From Candidatus Woesearchaeota archaeon (GTDB taxonomy: Archaea; Nanobdellota; Nanobdellia; Woesearchaeales; GW2011-AR9), in contig JAZDQB010000013.1 of assembly GCA_043797205.1 (NCBI GenBank), positions 12,979 to 76,978 on the forward strand: 64,000 nt of DNA, in the 5' to 3' direction. Shown here piece by piece: positions 43,492 through 53,673 of this stretch. Within the stretch, counting starts at the first letter, position 1. Every line of letters begins with the position of its first letter. Made by a program: the position numbers and the translations under genes. The notes below the pieces were generated by a model. That model was given only the letters and a program-made list of their open reading frames with translations, searched no databases and was not told the origin of the DNA.

Positions 43492-43995
43492 CTATTTTTC
43501 TTCCCCCTTATAATAATGGATTGGAACAGGATTAAACTTTCCAGTAGGGAGATATCCAACTTCATCTTTCCACTGCCAATCTGGACATTTTGCATCCGGC
43601 ATGTAACTTGGAGTTGGTAATCTTACTCCTCTATATTCTAAATTATACGGAAAGTGATTTGGTTCTGGTGTGGGAGGAATGTAAATTGGTACTTTCTCCT
43701 CTGGTCTAAGGTGTAAAGTTCCCTTAAATTCATGATTTACAAATTCTAATTCTAAAGAAGGTCTAGTCCAACGATCCTCGTGGTCATACTTTATCTCCAA
43801 TTTTTCTTTCTCAACATTATATCCTAAGATTGCTGGAATCATCTCTCCTTCTTTACAAGTGTATATCTCATAAATCCCAGAATGACGATGGCTTTCATGC
43901 AATACGGGATTATCAAAAGTAATCGGTCCATTCTTGCATCCTAGGACGCTTAATCCCATTACTGCGCTTAATACTAAATTAGTTAATCTTGTCAT
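43492..43995 (-). CDS. Putative secreted lipoprotein
   Basis: Signal with LSVLGC. Confidence 0.55.
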   Translation of the reverse strand: MTRLTNLVLSAVMGLSVLGCKNGPITFDNPVLHESHRHSGIYEIYTCKEGEMIPAILGYNVEKEKLEIKYDHEDRWTRPSLELEFVNHEFKGTLHLRPEEKVPIYIPPTPEPNHFPYNLEYRGVRLPTPSYMPDAKCPDWQWKDEVGYLPTGKFNPVPIHYYKGEEK

Positions 43996-44110
43996 TTTTA
44001 TCTCCAGAACACCAAACCACTATTCTCAATAAGTTAAGGTCTTATCTATCCTCGGTTCAATACAAATTGAACCAAAAGGTTTAAATATAAGGTTAAACTT
44101 AAAGGTTTAA

Positions 44111-44974
44111 ATGGTAATCCAACTAACCTTGCCCAATAAAGATAGTAATAATGTGAAAGATCTAGTTTTCTCTATCTTGACCGAGGAATATCCGCTTAAA
44201 TTGATTGAGTTGACCAATTTTATTCGGAAGCGTTATGGTAAATCCGTAACTTTTCAAGGAGTAAGGAAAGCTATTCTTCAATTGATGCAAGAAGGAGTGG
44301 TAATTAAAGATGAAAATGAGTTCTCCATCAACCATCAATGGGTGCAAGAGAGTAAGGCTTTCTTAGATAAATTATATCTACGCTTGATTGAAGAAAAAAG
44401 TACTCCCAAAAACAAGAAGATTGATTCTATTGGTGGAGAAGTTTCTGTACTAACTTTTGGTTCTGTAAATGAGATGATGCGCGCGTGGGAAGATTTAAGC
44501 GATGTGTGGTTCAAGAATTTTAAGAAAGGCGAATATAACGTTAATTGTTATCAGGCTGCACATAGCTGGGAAATATTGTTGCATCCCGATATCGAAGCAA
44601 AATTGATGGGTCAAGCTAAACAAAAAGGCATTCGTTCTTACATTCTTTGTACGGAAAATATGCCTCTGGATCGCAGCATCGTAAGATTCCATGATAAAAT
44701 TGGAGTAAAGATGGTTATTGTTCCTTCTTCTTCAAATTTTGATAAAAGTCACTACATCGGCACTTACGGAGATTTAATCATTCAAGCCAAATATCCTCCT
44801 GAAATCGTAAAGAAATTAGATTTATTCTTCAAGAAGAACAAAACTATTGAAGATTTAGACTTAGCCGAACTTTCTAAAATAGTTAATACTACGATTCCAA
44901 TAAAGATGACCGTAATCAGAAACCTAGAAATGGCCAAGCAGATTAACGTTTCCATTCTATCCCAGATAGACTAA
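44111..44974 (+). CDS. Hypothetical protein with N-terminal winged-helix-like domain
   Basis: LVFSILTEEYPLKLIELTNFIRKRYGKSVTFQGVRKAILQLMQEGVV. Confidence 0.5.
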   Translation: MVIQLTLPNKDSNNVKDLVFSILTEEYPLKLIELTNFIRKRYGKSVTFQGVRKAILQLMQEGVVIKDENEFSINHQWVQESKAFLDKLYLRLIEEKSTPKNKKIDSIGGEVSVLTFGSVNEMMRAWEDLSDVWFKNFKKGEYNVNCYQAAHSWEILLHPDIEAKLMGQAKQKGIRSYILCTENMPLDRSIVRFHDKIGVKMVIVPSSSNFDKSHYIGTYGDLIIQAKYPPEIVKKLDLFFKKNKTIEDLDLAELSKIVNTTIPIKMTVIRNLEMAKQINVSILSQID

Positions 44975-45020
44975 TTTCTAGCGAAAGCTTTAAATATCAA
45001 CTGATAATTTAAGTTATCAA

Positions 45021-45551
45021 ATGAGAATTAGAGATATCAAAACTAGAATAAAAGAATACTTTCTCTTAAATCCCACGGCAAAGATGAGAGTACGCCAACT
45101 GGAACGTGCAGTAAAAGTACCTCTCCCTTCGGCTATTCGTTATACTAAGGAATTAGAAAAAGAGGGTATCATTAAAGTAGAGAATATCGGGGGGGTAAAT
45201 TTTTATTCTGCAAATAGGATTTCTCAACACTTCTTGTACCAAAAGAAAATGTTTAATTTTAATCAATTATTCTCCTCAGGATTGGTACAATTCTTAATAG
45301 AAGAGTTTAGTAACCCCACTATTGTCTTATTTGGTTCATATTCTCGTGGGGAAGACTTAGAACGAAGTGATATAGACATATATCTCGAAACTACTTCAAA
45401 AAAGAAGGTTGATTTAACTCGTTTTGAGAAATTACTCGATAGAAAGATTCAAATATTTCATTATAAAAAAATTCATCAAGTGGAAAATAAAGAACTGAGA
45501 AACAATATTGTTAATGGAATGGTTTTAAATGGCTTTCTAGAGGTATTTTGA
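45021..45551 (+). CDS. wHTH plus minimal nucleotidyltransferase (MNT) protein
   Basis: VLFGSYSRGEDLERSDIDIYLE. Confidence 0.75.
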   Translation: MRIRDIKTRIKEYFLLNPTAKMRVRQLERAVKVPLPSAIRYTKELEKEGIIKVENIGGVNFYSANRISQHFLYQKKMFNFNQLFSSGLVQFLIEEFSNPTIVLFGSYSRGEDLERSDIDIYLETTSKKKVDLTRFEKLLDRKIQIFHYKKIHQVENKELRNNIVNGMVLNGFLEVF

Positions 45552-45988
45552 TGAACAAAGAAAGCGATTGGGAGGAATGTTTAGAAACTACTTCTTCGGT
45601 AAGAGTCAGTCCAGATCCAGCCAAAGCAAGATCTCTGATTGATACTGCTAAGGGTAGAATTATCTTTCTCTCTGAGAATATCATAAAGGAAAGCAATGCC
45701 AATTACCTTTTCGAATTTTACTACTCCTCTGCTCTGGAATTATTACACGCTTTGTTGTTGTTTGATGGGTATTCTGTAGGAAATCATATCTGTTTAGGTT
45801 ATTACTTAAGGGACATCCTGGTAAAACCCGAGCTTTATCGCTTATTTGATGATTGTCGCATTAAGAGAAATGGTTTGGTTTATTACGGCCGGAAGATGGA
45901 TTTTGAGACAGCTAAATCGGGAATAGATAAATGTAAAAAACTAGTTCACGAGACCAATTTACTTTTAAAAGAGAAAAATAATTCATAA
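45548..45988 (+). CDS. HEPN-domain protein (partner of the MNT)
   Basis: 4-nt overlap with the MNT gene. Helical. ALELLHALLL...CRIKRNGLVYYG pattern. Confidence 0.6.
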   Translation: MMNKESDWEECLETTSSVRVSPDPAKARSLIDTAKGRIIFLSENIIKESNANYLFEFYYSSALELLHALLLFDGYSVGNHICLGYYLRDILVKPELYRLFDDCRIKRNGLVYYGRKMDFETAKSGIDKCKKLVHETNLLLKEKNNS

Positions 45989-46054
45989 GACCATTCTGCA
46001 ACCCCCATATCCTACACTAGAAATCATTATTTAATCCTCCTTATTTTAATATTC

Positions 46055-46420
46055 ATGGGACATAGAACTGTAATGACCGCCAGAAGAATTGAATTGGGAC
46101 AAATGGTAAGAGAAATAATCAATGTTAATTTGGGTAATTGTTCTTTATCACGGGCGGCCAGAGAATTAGCTTTTTATACCCGTACAAAACCAAATAGTTT
46201 GAATAGCTATTTGAGTTCGATACGCAGGGAGACCGCCGGATTAAAGTTTCCCGCAGATCCTACTAAAGTAGAAGGATTGGAAAAATTGACCGTCGTGCTA
46301 TATTCTTTAGGCGTATCTGCAGAAGAGAGAGTTATCCAAGAATTAAAGAGAACTTATCCTTTGATTACCTATCCTCCGGTTAATTATGAGCAGATACCTC
46401 GAATAGGAAGATATGCTTAA
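46055..46420 (+). CDS. Hypothetical protein
   Basis: 121-aa ORF. Possible HTH (CSLSRAARELAF). Confidence 0.4.
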   Translation: MGHRTVMTARRIELGQMVREIINVNLGNCSLSRAARELAFYTRTKPNSLNSYLSSIRRETAGLKFPADPTKVEGLEKLTVVLYSLGVSAEERVIQELKRTYPLITYPPVNYEQIPRIGRYA

Positions 46421-49400
46421 TCACCCAAAATAACTTTCTCTACTCGGCTTCTCTTTGATCTGCTTGGCTCGGGCAGCACTGAAATAGTTCTCCAATTGTT
46501 TGTAAGCCTCTTCCGTATTCTTGTCCACCGAAGGCTTGACCACTTCTAAAGCTTTCAGCAGATGTTCTTTGCGGATGCCTTTAGCATTCATATTCTCGCG
46601 CAGAGCAATCATGGCTGCTTCCCGGCATACTCCTTCGATATCTGCTCCGACGTAACCTTCCGTTTTCTCAGCTAATTCCTGTGCGAATTGAGCTACCAAT
46701 TCTTTCTTATTTTTAATTGGTTCTTCTTCCGCCACGGCCGGAATTCCTTCAATTTCTTCTTTCTTTTTCTTAGAACGAGATTTAGTCTTTCTAACCTCTC
46801 CTGATTCTAAAGATAATTTGTTTAAGTGCACTTCAAAGATATTCTTTCTGCTTTTAACATCAGGAACCGGAATATAAATAATACGATCAAATCTTCCTTG
46901 ACGCAGTAAAGCAGGATCTAAAATGTCTGGACGATTAGTTGCTCCCACTACTAAAACATCGTTTAAGGATTCTAATCCGTCCATCTCCGTCAGCATTTGA
47001 TTTACTAATTTGTCACCTACTCTTCCTCCCTCACTTTCACTGGCTCCACGGCGAGAGAACATCGCATCAATTTCGTCGAAGAACAGGATAGTGGGAGCGG
47101 ATTGGCGAGATTTTCTAAAGATTTCCCGGACGGCTTTTTCTGATTCTCCCACCCATTTACTCAATAAGCTCGGTCCATTTACTAAAATAAAATTAGCTTC
47201 ACTTTCTTTGGCTACCGCTTTAGCCAGCATAGTTTTTCCCGTACCAGGTGGACCATACAATAAAATTCCTCGCGGCGGCCGAATGCCCATGCGTTTGAAC
47301 ATCTCGGGATTCTTCAAGGGCCATTCTACTGCTTCCTTGATTTTTTGTTTTACTTCTTCCAATCCGCCCACATCATTCCAACTCACGTCGGGCTTCTCTA
47401 CAAACACTTCGCGCATAGCACTGGGTCGGACGGTTTTAAGAGCTTCTTGGAAATCCTCTAAGCGAATAACTAATTTTTCTAAAGTCTCATCTGGTAAAGG
47501 TTTATCTGCATCTTTCCCTTCTAGTTTTAAATCTGGAAGAATTCTACGTAAAACAATCATCGCTGCTTCTTTGGCCAGAGCGTTTAGATCTGCTCCGACA
47601 AAGCCGTGCGTGATTTTAGCAATAGATAATAAATCACGATTTTTGCTTTCTTCGCTTCTACGCACTTTTCTTTTGATTGGTTCTAATAGGCCCAATTTTT
47701 CCATCTCTTGGTAAAGTTCACCTTTCTTATTTTCATTGATGACTCTACGTGGATCTTCGGAAGAATAAGATTGGATTCCCGCATCCAGATCGATAATCTC
47801 ATTGGTTAAGTCTATTAATCTGGACTCGTTTTCTTTAATCTCTTGGAATAATCCTTGTGCTTCTTCTAAATATCTTTTATTCTTGTTAATCTGCTCGTTT
47901 AGTTCGTTAATCTTGCTGTTAAATTGTTCTAAATCTTTTTCTTTGTTCTTAATCTCTTTAGCAGTATCATTAATTTTTTTGTTTAATCCAATAATTGTTT
48001 CAATGATTTTAGTGATTACACTTTCTTCAGATCTCTTCTTTCTTTCTTCCAATTCTTCTAATTGTTCTTTAGCTACTCTCAATTCATCTTGCTTGTTATT
48101 AATCTCTACTTTAGTTTTGCTGATGCGATCAATCCAAGCATTGATTTCTTCTCCTTTCTCCTTAGCTTCTCCTTCTAGCGATCTTAATTTTTGTTCCATC
48201 ACTACCGGAATTTCATTCTTTAATAAATCCGGGTATAAACTTCCTTCCAGAGAATCTAACATTCTTCTGGTATGAATTTTAAGAATATCAAACCGGCCTT
48301 CCTTACTTGGAACTCCAATTTCTACTTCTCGATCGAATCTTCCCGGTCGTCTAAGTGCCGGATCAATCAGGTTGGGCATATTAGTAGCAGCAATCACAAT
48401 CACTTTACCCCGGCTTTTCATTCCATCCATCAATCCTAATAATTGAGCGACGACTCTTCTTTCTACATCTCCCCGGGTTTCTTCTCTTTTTACGGCGATA
48501 GCATCAATTTCGTCAAAGAAAATGATGGAAGGAGCATTCTGTTCCGCTTCTTCAAATTTCTTGCGTAGGTTTTCTTCCGATTGTCCGTAAAATTTCCCCA
48601 TGATTTCTGGACCATTGATTAAGATGAAATGGGAATTGGTTTCTGAAGCCACCGCTTTAGCCAATAGAGTCTTACCGGTACCGGGAGGACCGTGCAACAA
48701 TAATCCTTTTGGAGCTTCAATCCCTAACTTTTCAAAGATTTCTGGATGCTTTAAAGGAAGCTCTACCATCTCTTGGATTTTACGGATCTCTTCATGCAAT
48801 CCACCGATATCTTCATAATTGATGCCTAAGCTTCCAACATCTTCTTCTTCGACTACCTCTTGAGCATTGGGATTGATTTCAATTTCGGTTTCTTCCGTAA
48901 TCACTACGGTTTCTTTTTTGGGTAAGGTGTCTACCACAAAGAATTTCAAATCTCCAAATCCGAATCCCGGGAATTGATTTTCTAACATGGAAAACAAATC
49001 GTCCACTCTTCCACTGGGTTGCCCTACTACTCTGAAAGTTCGACGTGCTTTCCTTAGAGCAACTAAATCTCCTTTTACTAACGCTTTTCCTAACAATCCT
49101 TGTTTGAAGAATAAAGGAGGAGCATTAACTACAATACCCTTATTAGCGGGAGCAATCACTACCTTCTTAGCTGGCTTTACTTCCGCTTTCTTGACGTAAA
49201 CAATTTCTCCGATAGAAGTTTTGGCGTTTCTTCTAGTATTTCCGTCCATTCTGATGATATTAAGACCGATATCTCCGGGATAAGCGCGATCGACCACTGC
49301 AGCAGTAGTTCTCTCGCCTTTTATTTCTACTACATCGCCGGCATTTACTCCCAGCTGACGCATAAAACTAGAATCTACTTTAACGATGCCTTTATTTACA

Positions 49401-49456
49401 TCGTCCTGTACTGCTTCCATCACTTTTAATTTTATTTCTCGCGGCTCGTCAGCCAT
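46421..49456 (-). CDS. cdc48: Cdc48/VAT-type AAA+ ATPase (N-D1-D2) with large insertions in both lid subdomains
   Basis: N-domain [21 protein letters not shown]. Walker A GPPGTGKT twice and Walker B FFDEIDA twice. 1011 aa, versus roughly 730-750 for typical archaeal homologs as I recall. Confidence 0.9.
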   Translation of the reverse strand: MADEPREIKLKVMEAVQDDVNKGIVKVDSSFMRQLGVNAGDVVEIKGERTTAAVVDRAYPGDIGLNIIRMDGNTRRNAKTSIGEIVYVKKAEVKPAKKVVIAPANKGIVVNAPPLFFKQGLLGKALVKGDLVALRKARRTFRVVGQPSGRVDDLFSMLENQFPGFGFGDLKFFVVDTLPKKETVVITEETEIEINPNAQEVVEEEDVGSLGINYEDIGGLHEEIRKIQEMVELPLKHPEIFEKLGIEAPKGLLLHGPPGTGKTLLAKAVASETNSHFILINGPEIMGKFYGQSEENLRKKFEEAEQNAPSIIFFDEIDAIAVKREETRGDVERRVVAQLLGLMDGMKSRGKVIVIAATNMPNLIDPALRRPGRFDREVEIGVPSKEGRFDILKIHTRRMLDSLEGSLYPDLLKNEIPVVMEQKLRSLEGEAKEKGEEINAWIDRISKTKVEINNKQDELRVAKEQLEELEERKKRSEESVITKIIETIIGLNKKINDTAKEIKNKEKDLEQFNSKINELNEQINKNKRYLEEAQGLFQEIKENESRLIDLTNEIIDLDAGIQSYSSEDPRRVINENKKGELYQEMEKLGLLEPIKRKVRRSEESKNRDLLSIAKITHGFVGADLNALAKEAAMIVLRRILPDLKLEGKDADKPLPDETLEKLVIRLEDFQEALKTVRPSAMREVFVEKPDVSWNDVGGLEEVKQKIKEAVEWPLKNPEMFKRMGIRPPRGILLYGPPGTGKTMLAKAVAKESEANFILVNGPSLLSKWVGESEKAVREIFRKSRQSAPTILFFDEIDAMFSRRGASESEGGRVGDKLVNQMLTEMDGLESLNDVLVVGATNRPDILDPALLRQGRFDRIIYIPVPDVKSRKNIFEVHLNKLSLESGEVRKTKSRSKKKKEEIEGIPAVAEEEPIKNKKELVAQFAQELAEKTEGYVGADIEGVCREAAMIALRENMNAKGIRKEHLLKALEVVKPSVDKNTEEAYKQLENYFSAARAKQIKEKPSRESYFG

Positions 49457-49610
49457 ATTTCCACCCCGATCTCGATAATTGTTGGGAAGGTAGGAGCTAT
49501 ATAAAAGTTATGGTAAAATGTTAAGAAGTGAGACTTTTTTGCAAGAAAGGAGGGGTTTTTAATAGATGTTTTTGGATAACTATAAAAACACTTAATATTT
49601 CCTTTTCATC

Positions 49611-50783
49611 ATGCTTCCCAACTACCAAAAGAACAGCCTGGTCAATCTGATGAGTTCAGTGATTCAAGGATGTGGTGGAAAGAGTTCTTATAATGATCTG
49701 CCTAAACTAACCGAAGAGATCAAATTCAAGAAGAATCTGGTTCTTTTGGTTATTGATGGGATGGGAACCGATCATCTGGCTAAACTAAAAAAGAAAAATA
49801 AGCATAGTTTCTTGGCTAATCACTTCTCTCAAAATTTAACTTCCGTCTTCCCTTCCACCACTACAGCCGCCATTACTACTTTTTTTACTGGTAGGACTCC
49901 GCAAGAACACGGATTGGCGGCGTGGGATATGTATTTAGATGAAATTAAAGATATCGGGACGGTTTTACGTAACACCGATAGTTGCGGAAAACCAATCTCT
50001 CCTGGAAAGTTGAAATATCCTTCTTCACTGCTCGATACCATTACTAGAGAGAAGCATTTCATCCAACATCAACAAATTATCAATACTCCTTTTACTAACG
50101 CTTATACTTCTAAAGCAGTCAAGTGGAAAATCAGAAATTTTAACGGTCTTCTGAACAAAATACCGTTAGCGATAAAGTATCATCGCCAAAACAGTAGTCC
50201 TAAAAAGTTTATTTATGCTTATTGGGGGGATTTAGATTATTATTCTCATCATTTCGGGAAGGACCATCATAGGACCCAGAAGCATTTGCGGGATTTAGAT
50301 CGTTCTTTAGGAAAATTCTTCTCTAAATTCAAGAGAGAGGATACTTTGGTGTTGATTACTGCTGACCATGGACATATCAATACTCCTAAAGAGCGCAGTA
50401 TCCTCTTAAGTAATTCTCTTGAAATAGTGGATTGTCTAAGAATGCCTCCGGCCGGAGAACCACGAGCCTTGTTTTGTTATATTAAACCAAATAAAAAGAA
50501 AGATTTTGAAAAATATGTTAAATCTAAGCTAAATAAATATTGTACTTTATATCCTTCTAAACAATTAATCCAAAAAGGATATTTTGGAGTGAGTAAAGGG
50601 AAAATTCATCCTAAACTGTTAAGCCGGTTGGGAGATTACGTTTTGATCCTGAAAAAGAATTATGTCTTTAAATATGTAGAAAAGGGAGAAAAGGTAAGAA
50701 TACATTTAGGGAATCATGGTGGAATTAGTAAAGATGAGATGATAGTACCTTTGATTAAATTTAAACTCGACGATAAACATTAG
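49611..50783 (+). CDS. Alkaline-phosphatase-superfamily protein (type I phosphodiesterase/nucleotide pyrophosphatase-like)
   Basis: VIDGMGTDHL, FPSTTTAAITTFFTG, ITADHGH. Confidence 0.7.
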   Translation: MLPNYQKNSLVNLMSSVIQGCGGKSSYNDLPKLTEEIKFKKNLVLLVIDGMGTDHLAKLKKKNKHSFLANHFSQNLTSVFPSTTTAAITTFFTGRTPQEHGLAAWDMYLDEIKDIGTVLRNTDSCGKPISPGKLKYPSSLLDTITREKHFIQHQQIINTPFTNAYTSKAVKWKIRNFNGLLNKIPLAIKYHRQNSSPKKFIYAYWGDLDYYSHHFGKDHHRTQKHLRDLDRSLGKFFSKFKREDTLVLITADHGHINTPKERSILLSNSLEIVDCLRMPPAGEPRALFCYIKPNKKKDFEKYVKSKLNKYCTLYPSKQLIQKGYFGVSKGKIHPKLLSRLGDYVLILKKNYVFKYVEKGEKVRIHLGNHGGISKDEMIVPLIKFKLDDKH

Positions 50784-51597
50784 ATTCTCCTATCTTTCTA
50801 AACTTTCCTTCGCTTCTTTTTTCTAACTCTCCCACAAATTGATTGTAATCCGTCATTCTATCTCTTTGTAAATTTCCTCCTCGCCAAACGTATCCTCGAT
50901 TAACTTGATAAGAGTCTCCTAAAAAGAGTAGATCTCCCGGACAAAGATTATCTGCTAAATTTGAAAGAGCCAGTTCTTTTCCTTTTTGATTAAGATGCAT
51001 AAGTAGATTTAAACAGAATATAGCGTTATATCCGGAAGGTACTTCTTCTAAGAGGATATCTTGTTGTTCGAAATTACATCTTTCCACAATATCGGGACTA
51101 ATTATTAAATTGGGGGAACGATCTCGCTTCCGCTTTCTTTTTTGAATCCTAAAATATTTTTTTTCCAAGAAAGGTTCTAACAGATCCTTCTTCGCTTGTT
51201 CTGCCCAATATTCTCTCTTTTTGGCTCTCTTCACTAAATGATCACAGAGGTCTCTTCCTTCTACTGCAAAATCTCTAAATCCTTGATCCCAAGCTAAAGT
51301 AGCTAAACTATATACTTCCTGTCCGCTGGAACAAGGTAGGGAAAGAATTTTAGTTGGATTTCCTTTAGAATTATTCTCTTGGAAAAGAGGAAGAAGATAT
51401 TTATCAAACACTCGAGTTATCTCTTTAGAAAAGAAGGAGGTGCGATGATCTAATCCTTGGCAGTGAAATTCTTGTACTAAACGTTCTAATGATATTCCTA
51501 CCAGGGGTCTTCTCAAATCTCTTACAAATTTTAACCAAGTGCCTTCTCCGTAATATAATTTAACGTAAGATCGAAATTCTTCCGGAGAGGAGAACAT
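50761..51597 (-). CDS. CheR-like SAM-dependent methyltransferase
   Basis: ILSLPCSSGQEVYSLATLA (compare CheR AGCSTGEEPYS) and AIFCLNLLMHL. Confidence 0.5.
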   Translation of the reverse strand: MFSSPEEFRSYVKLYYGEGTWLKFVRDLRRPLVGISLERLVQEFHCQGLDHRTSFFSKEITRVFDKYLLPLFQENNSKGNPTKILSLPCSSGQEVYSLATLAWDQGFRDFAVEGRDLCDHLVKRAKKREYWAEQAKKDLLEPFLEKKYFRIQKRKRKRDRSPNLIISPDIVERCNFEQQDILLEEVPSGYNAIFCLNLLMHLNQKGKELALSNLADNLCPGDLLFLGDSYQVNRGYVWRGGNLQRDRMTDYNQFVGELEKRSEGKFRKIGESNVYRRV

Positions 51598-51658
51598 AAT
51601 TTAATATAATTATTGAAGTATAAAAGAATTGTGCAAATAAAAAGATAAATAAAAATAT

Positions 51659-52045
51659 TGTATTTGTTTAGCTAACAGAAGCTTTGCCATCCTTCGGTCG
51701 AGCTTCTTCTGTATTAACAGCGAACTGACGAGGGGGGACTTGCCCCCTACGGGGAGCGTCAGTGATTTATAAGAACATCGAGAGCGAGAAGATGGCAAAG
51801 CTTCATTAGTGGCAAGAGCATTTTCAAAACTCCAGAAGATAATATTGGTGGCTCTGTCCTCCCGTAGGGAGCATCCCCTGACAACGAGCCTGCTTCTACA
51901 ATAAAGTCGTTTCCACCAGTTGTTGCTGTCAAGCAACTCACGAACGTAGTGACTTGATCTGACCGGTGGTGGTCGCGAGCATTTTGACAAATATGGGTTT
52001 TGACCTTATGATGCTCTTGCCGCTTCGGAAAGCTAAACAAATACA
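51659..52045. ncRNA. Structured element C2 (about 387 nt): 15-bp terminal stem, two long arms, two M-modules in opposite orientation
   Basis: TGTATTTGTTTAGCT/AGCTAAACAAATACA. Arms closed by GCUUUGCCAUC/GAUGGCAAAGC and GGCAAGAGCAU/AUGCUCUUGCC. M-modules at 51725..51762 and 51850..51890. Track ORFs 51610..51990 and 51759..52187 look spurious. Confidence 0.45.
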
Positions 52046-52062
52046 AAATATTAAGCAAAAAA

Positions 52063-52494
52063 TTACTTTTTCTTAGCTGCCGGAACTTCCGGACCGGTTC
52101 TGACCTTAGGCAGAGGCAGAGGACTGGGCAGGCTGATTTCTTCGCTGATCTTAATGGCTTGAATATTCCCTTTGTGCAGAGCAGCATTAATGACTTGCTC
52201 CATGATATCTATGGGAATCTTCTTTTCCTTCTCCCAGCTTTTTTTTACTTCATCAATCTTGGATTTTACATCTACAAACAGGATCTGCCCTTCCACTTCA
52301 ATCTTGCCTAAGTCCGGCTCATAATTGCAAGTGAAAGAGAAAGTAAACTTTAAACCGGTTTTTCCTTCTACTTCAAAAGCGAGATCTTCCACGTTTTTAA
52401 TAGAAACGTTATTATTGATCTTAATCTGTCCACCGGCGGACTCTAAATTTCTTTCCGCATTAACCTTATGGATATTAATTTTAACGATTGTCAT
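52063..52494 (-). CDS. Hypothetical protein
   Basis: 143-aa ORF with plausible composition. No motif recognised. Confidence 0.5.
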   Translation of the reverse strand: MTIVKINIHKVNAERNLESAGGQIKINNNVSIKNVEDLAFEVEGKTGLKFTFSFTCNYEPDLGKIEVEGQILFVDVKSKIDEVKKSWEKEKKIPIDIMEQVINAALHKGNIQAIKISEEISLPSPLPLPKVRTGPEVPAAKKK

Positions 52495-52601
52495 GTTTAA
52501 CCACCTTTTGTATTTATTTTTGCCGTTTAAAGTCTAGAGCGGAAGGTTATATATAAAGATTGCTTTGCATTTTAACCCAGTGAATATACTTTACACTTAA
52601 T

Positions 52602-53639
52602 TTATTCCTTCTTTTGAACCAGTAAAATCATTAATTCTTGGTCCGAACTATTTTCATTAAATGCGTTTACCAAAATAGTATGTGTTCCAACGGCCGTAGG
52701 AGCAGGTGTAAAAGAAATTTTTCCCCCCTTTTCGATAGAAAATAGCTCAGAATCAGTATCAAACCGCAGATTTTTTTCGGTTGCGTTAAGAAGATAGTTA
52801 AATTCCTCTCCTACCGTTGCTTTGACTCTTCCGATTGGTTTTAAATCTACGAGTTGATTCATTTCTCCATACCAGTCATATTTCGAAGAAAATTGAACCT
52901 GTAACGGTTTTTGCTGGATTATGATGTCACTAAATTTTAAAAGATAAATTACTTGATCTTTTTGGAAAATTAGATTGAATTTATATCCCTTAGTTATGGA
53001 ATCTTCAGTTAAGTAGGTTAGCATTACTTCATTGGGTTTTTTTTCTTGTTCCATGTTAAATTGATTCAAGATATTTATTACCCGATTGATATCTAAATTT
53101 AGGTTCGCTTCAAAATTATTTACCTGTTGTGATTGTTTTCCGCTAGTTACTTCTAAAGGCATTTTAAGATTTACTTTTACTTTACCCTCTAGGATAGATG
53201 TTTTAATTTCAACTTTTCCACTATCAATCTGAATATTCTTAAAGCTCTTGTAATGGTCTAAGCATTCTCTCAGATAGTTTTCAGTGTAATTGGAAAGGTC
53301 CAGTTCTATTCTCTCTTTCAATGGATGTATATCTTCTTCAAGGTAAAAATAGTAAGGAATTTTCCAAGTATCATAACTGGTAATGAAATTGGGCCGAAAA
53401 AATCCTCCGTGTAGAAAATTATAATATATCCCTTCTTTGGTAGTCTTTTCTAAACAATTTTCCGTGTAAGATTTTACTGCAGTCATTTCTGGAACATAAT
53501 TCTCTTGTTTAGCCTGATTAATCTGTTCTTTGCTAAGAGTATTGACTAAGTAAAATATCGTTGCGCTTAATGCTAATAGTACAATCCCAATGATGATAAA
53601 TATCGTTATTTGGGCGCTTTTATTTCTCATGCTTATCAC
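52602..53639 (-). CDS. Pilin-like-signal surface protein with a C-terminal Ig-like domain (last gene of the five-gene operon)
   Basis: RNKSAQ|ITIFIIIGIVLLAL. C-terminal FDTDSELFSIEKGGKISFTPAPTAVGTHTILVNA. Confidence 0.55.
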   Translation of the reverse strand: MISMRNKSAQITIFIIIGIVLLALSATIFYLVNTLSKEQINQAKQENYVPEMTAVKSYTENCLEKTTKEGIYYNFLHGGFFRPNFITSYDTWKIPYYFYLEEDIHPLKERIELDLSNYTENYLRECLDHYKSFKNIQIDSGKVEIKTSILEGKVKVNLKMPLEVTSGKQSQQVNNFEANLNLDINRVINILNQFNMEQEKKPNEVMLTYLTEDSITKGYKFNLIFQKDQVIYLLKFSDIIIQQKPLQVQFSSKYDWYGEMNQLVDLKPIGRVKATVGEEFNYLLNATEKNLRFDTDSELFSIEKGGKISFTPAPTAVGTHTILVNAFNENSSDQELMILLVQKKE

Positions 53640-53673
53640 CTACAGATAGGTATAGATTGATCTTCTCCTGTAA

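Noticed and set aside
43036-43620. Track ORFs 43036..43230(+), 43040..43228(-), 43407..43595(-) and 43435..43620(+).
   Set aside because: They overlap the SRP RNA and the structured upstream region, and they have odd composition. They are interpreted as non-coding.
51725-51890. Archaeal replication-origin ORB elements (G-string) in inverted orientation within C2.
   Set aside because: No ORB dyad (TTCCAGTGGAAAC-like), no AT-rich unwinding element between the copies, no orc1/cdc6 nearby, and similar modules occur at two other loci.
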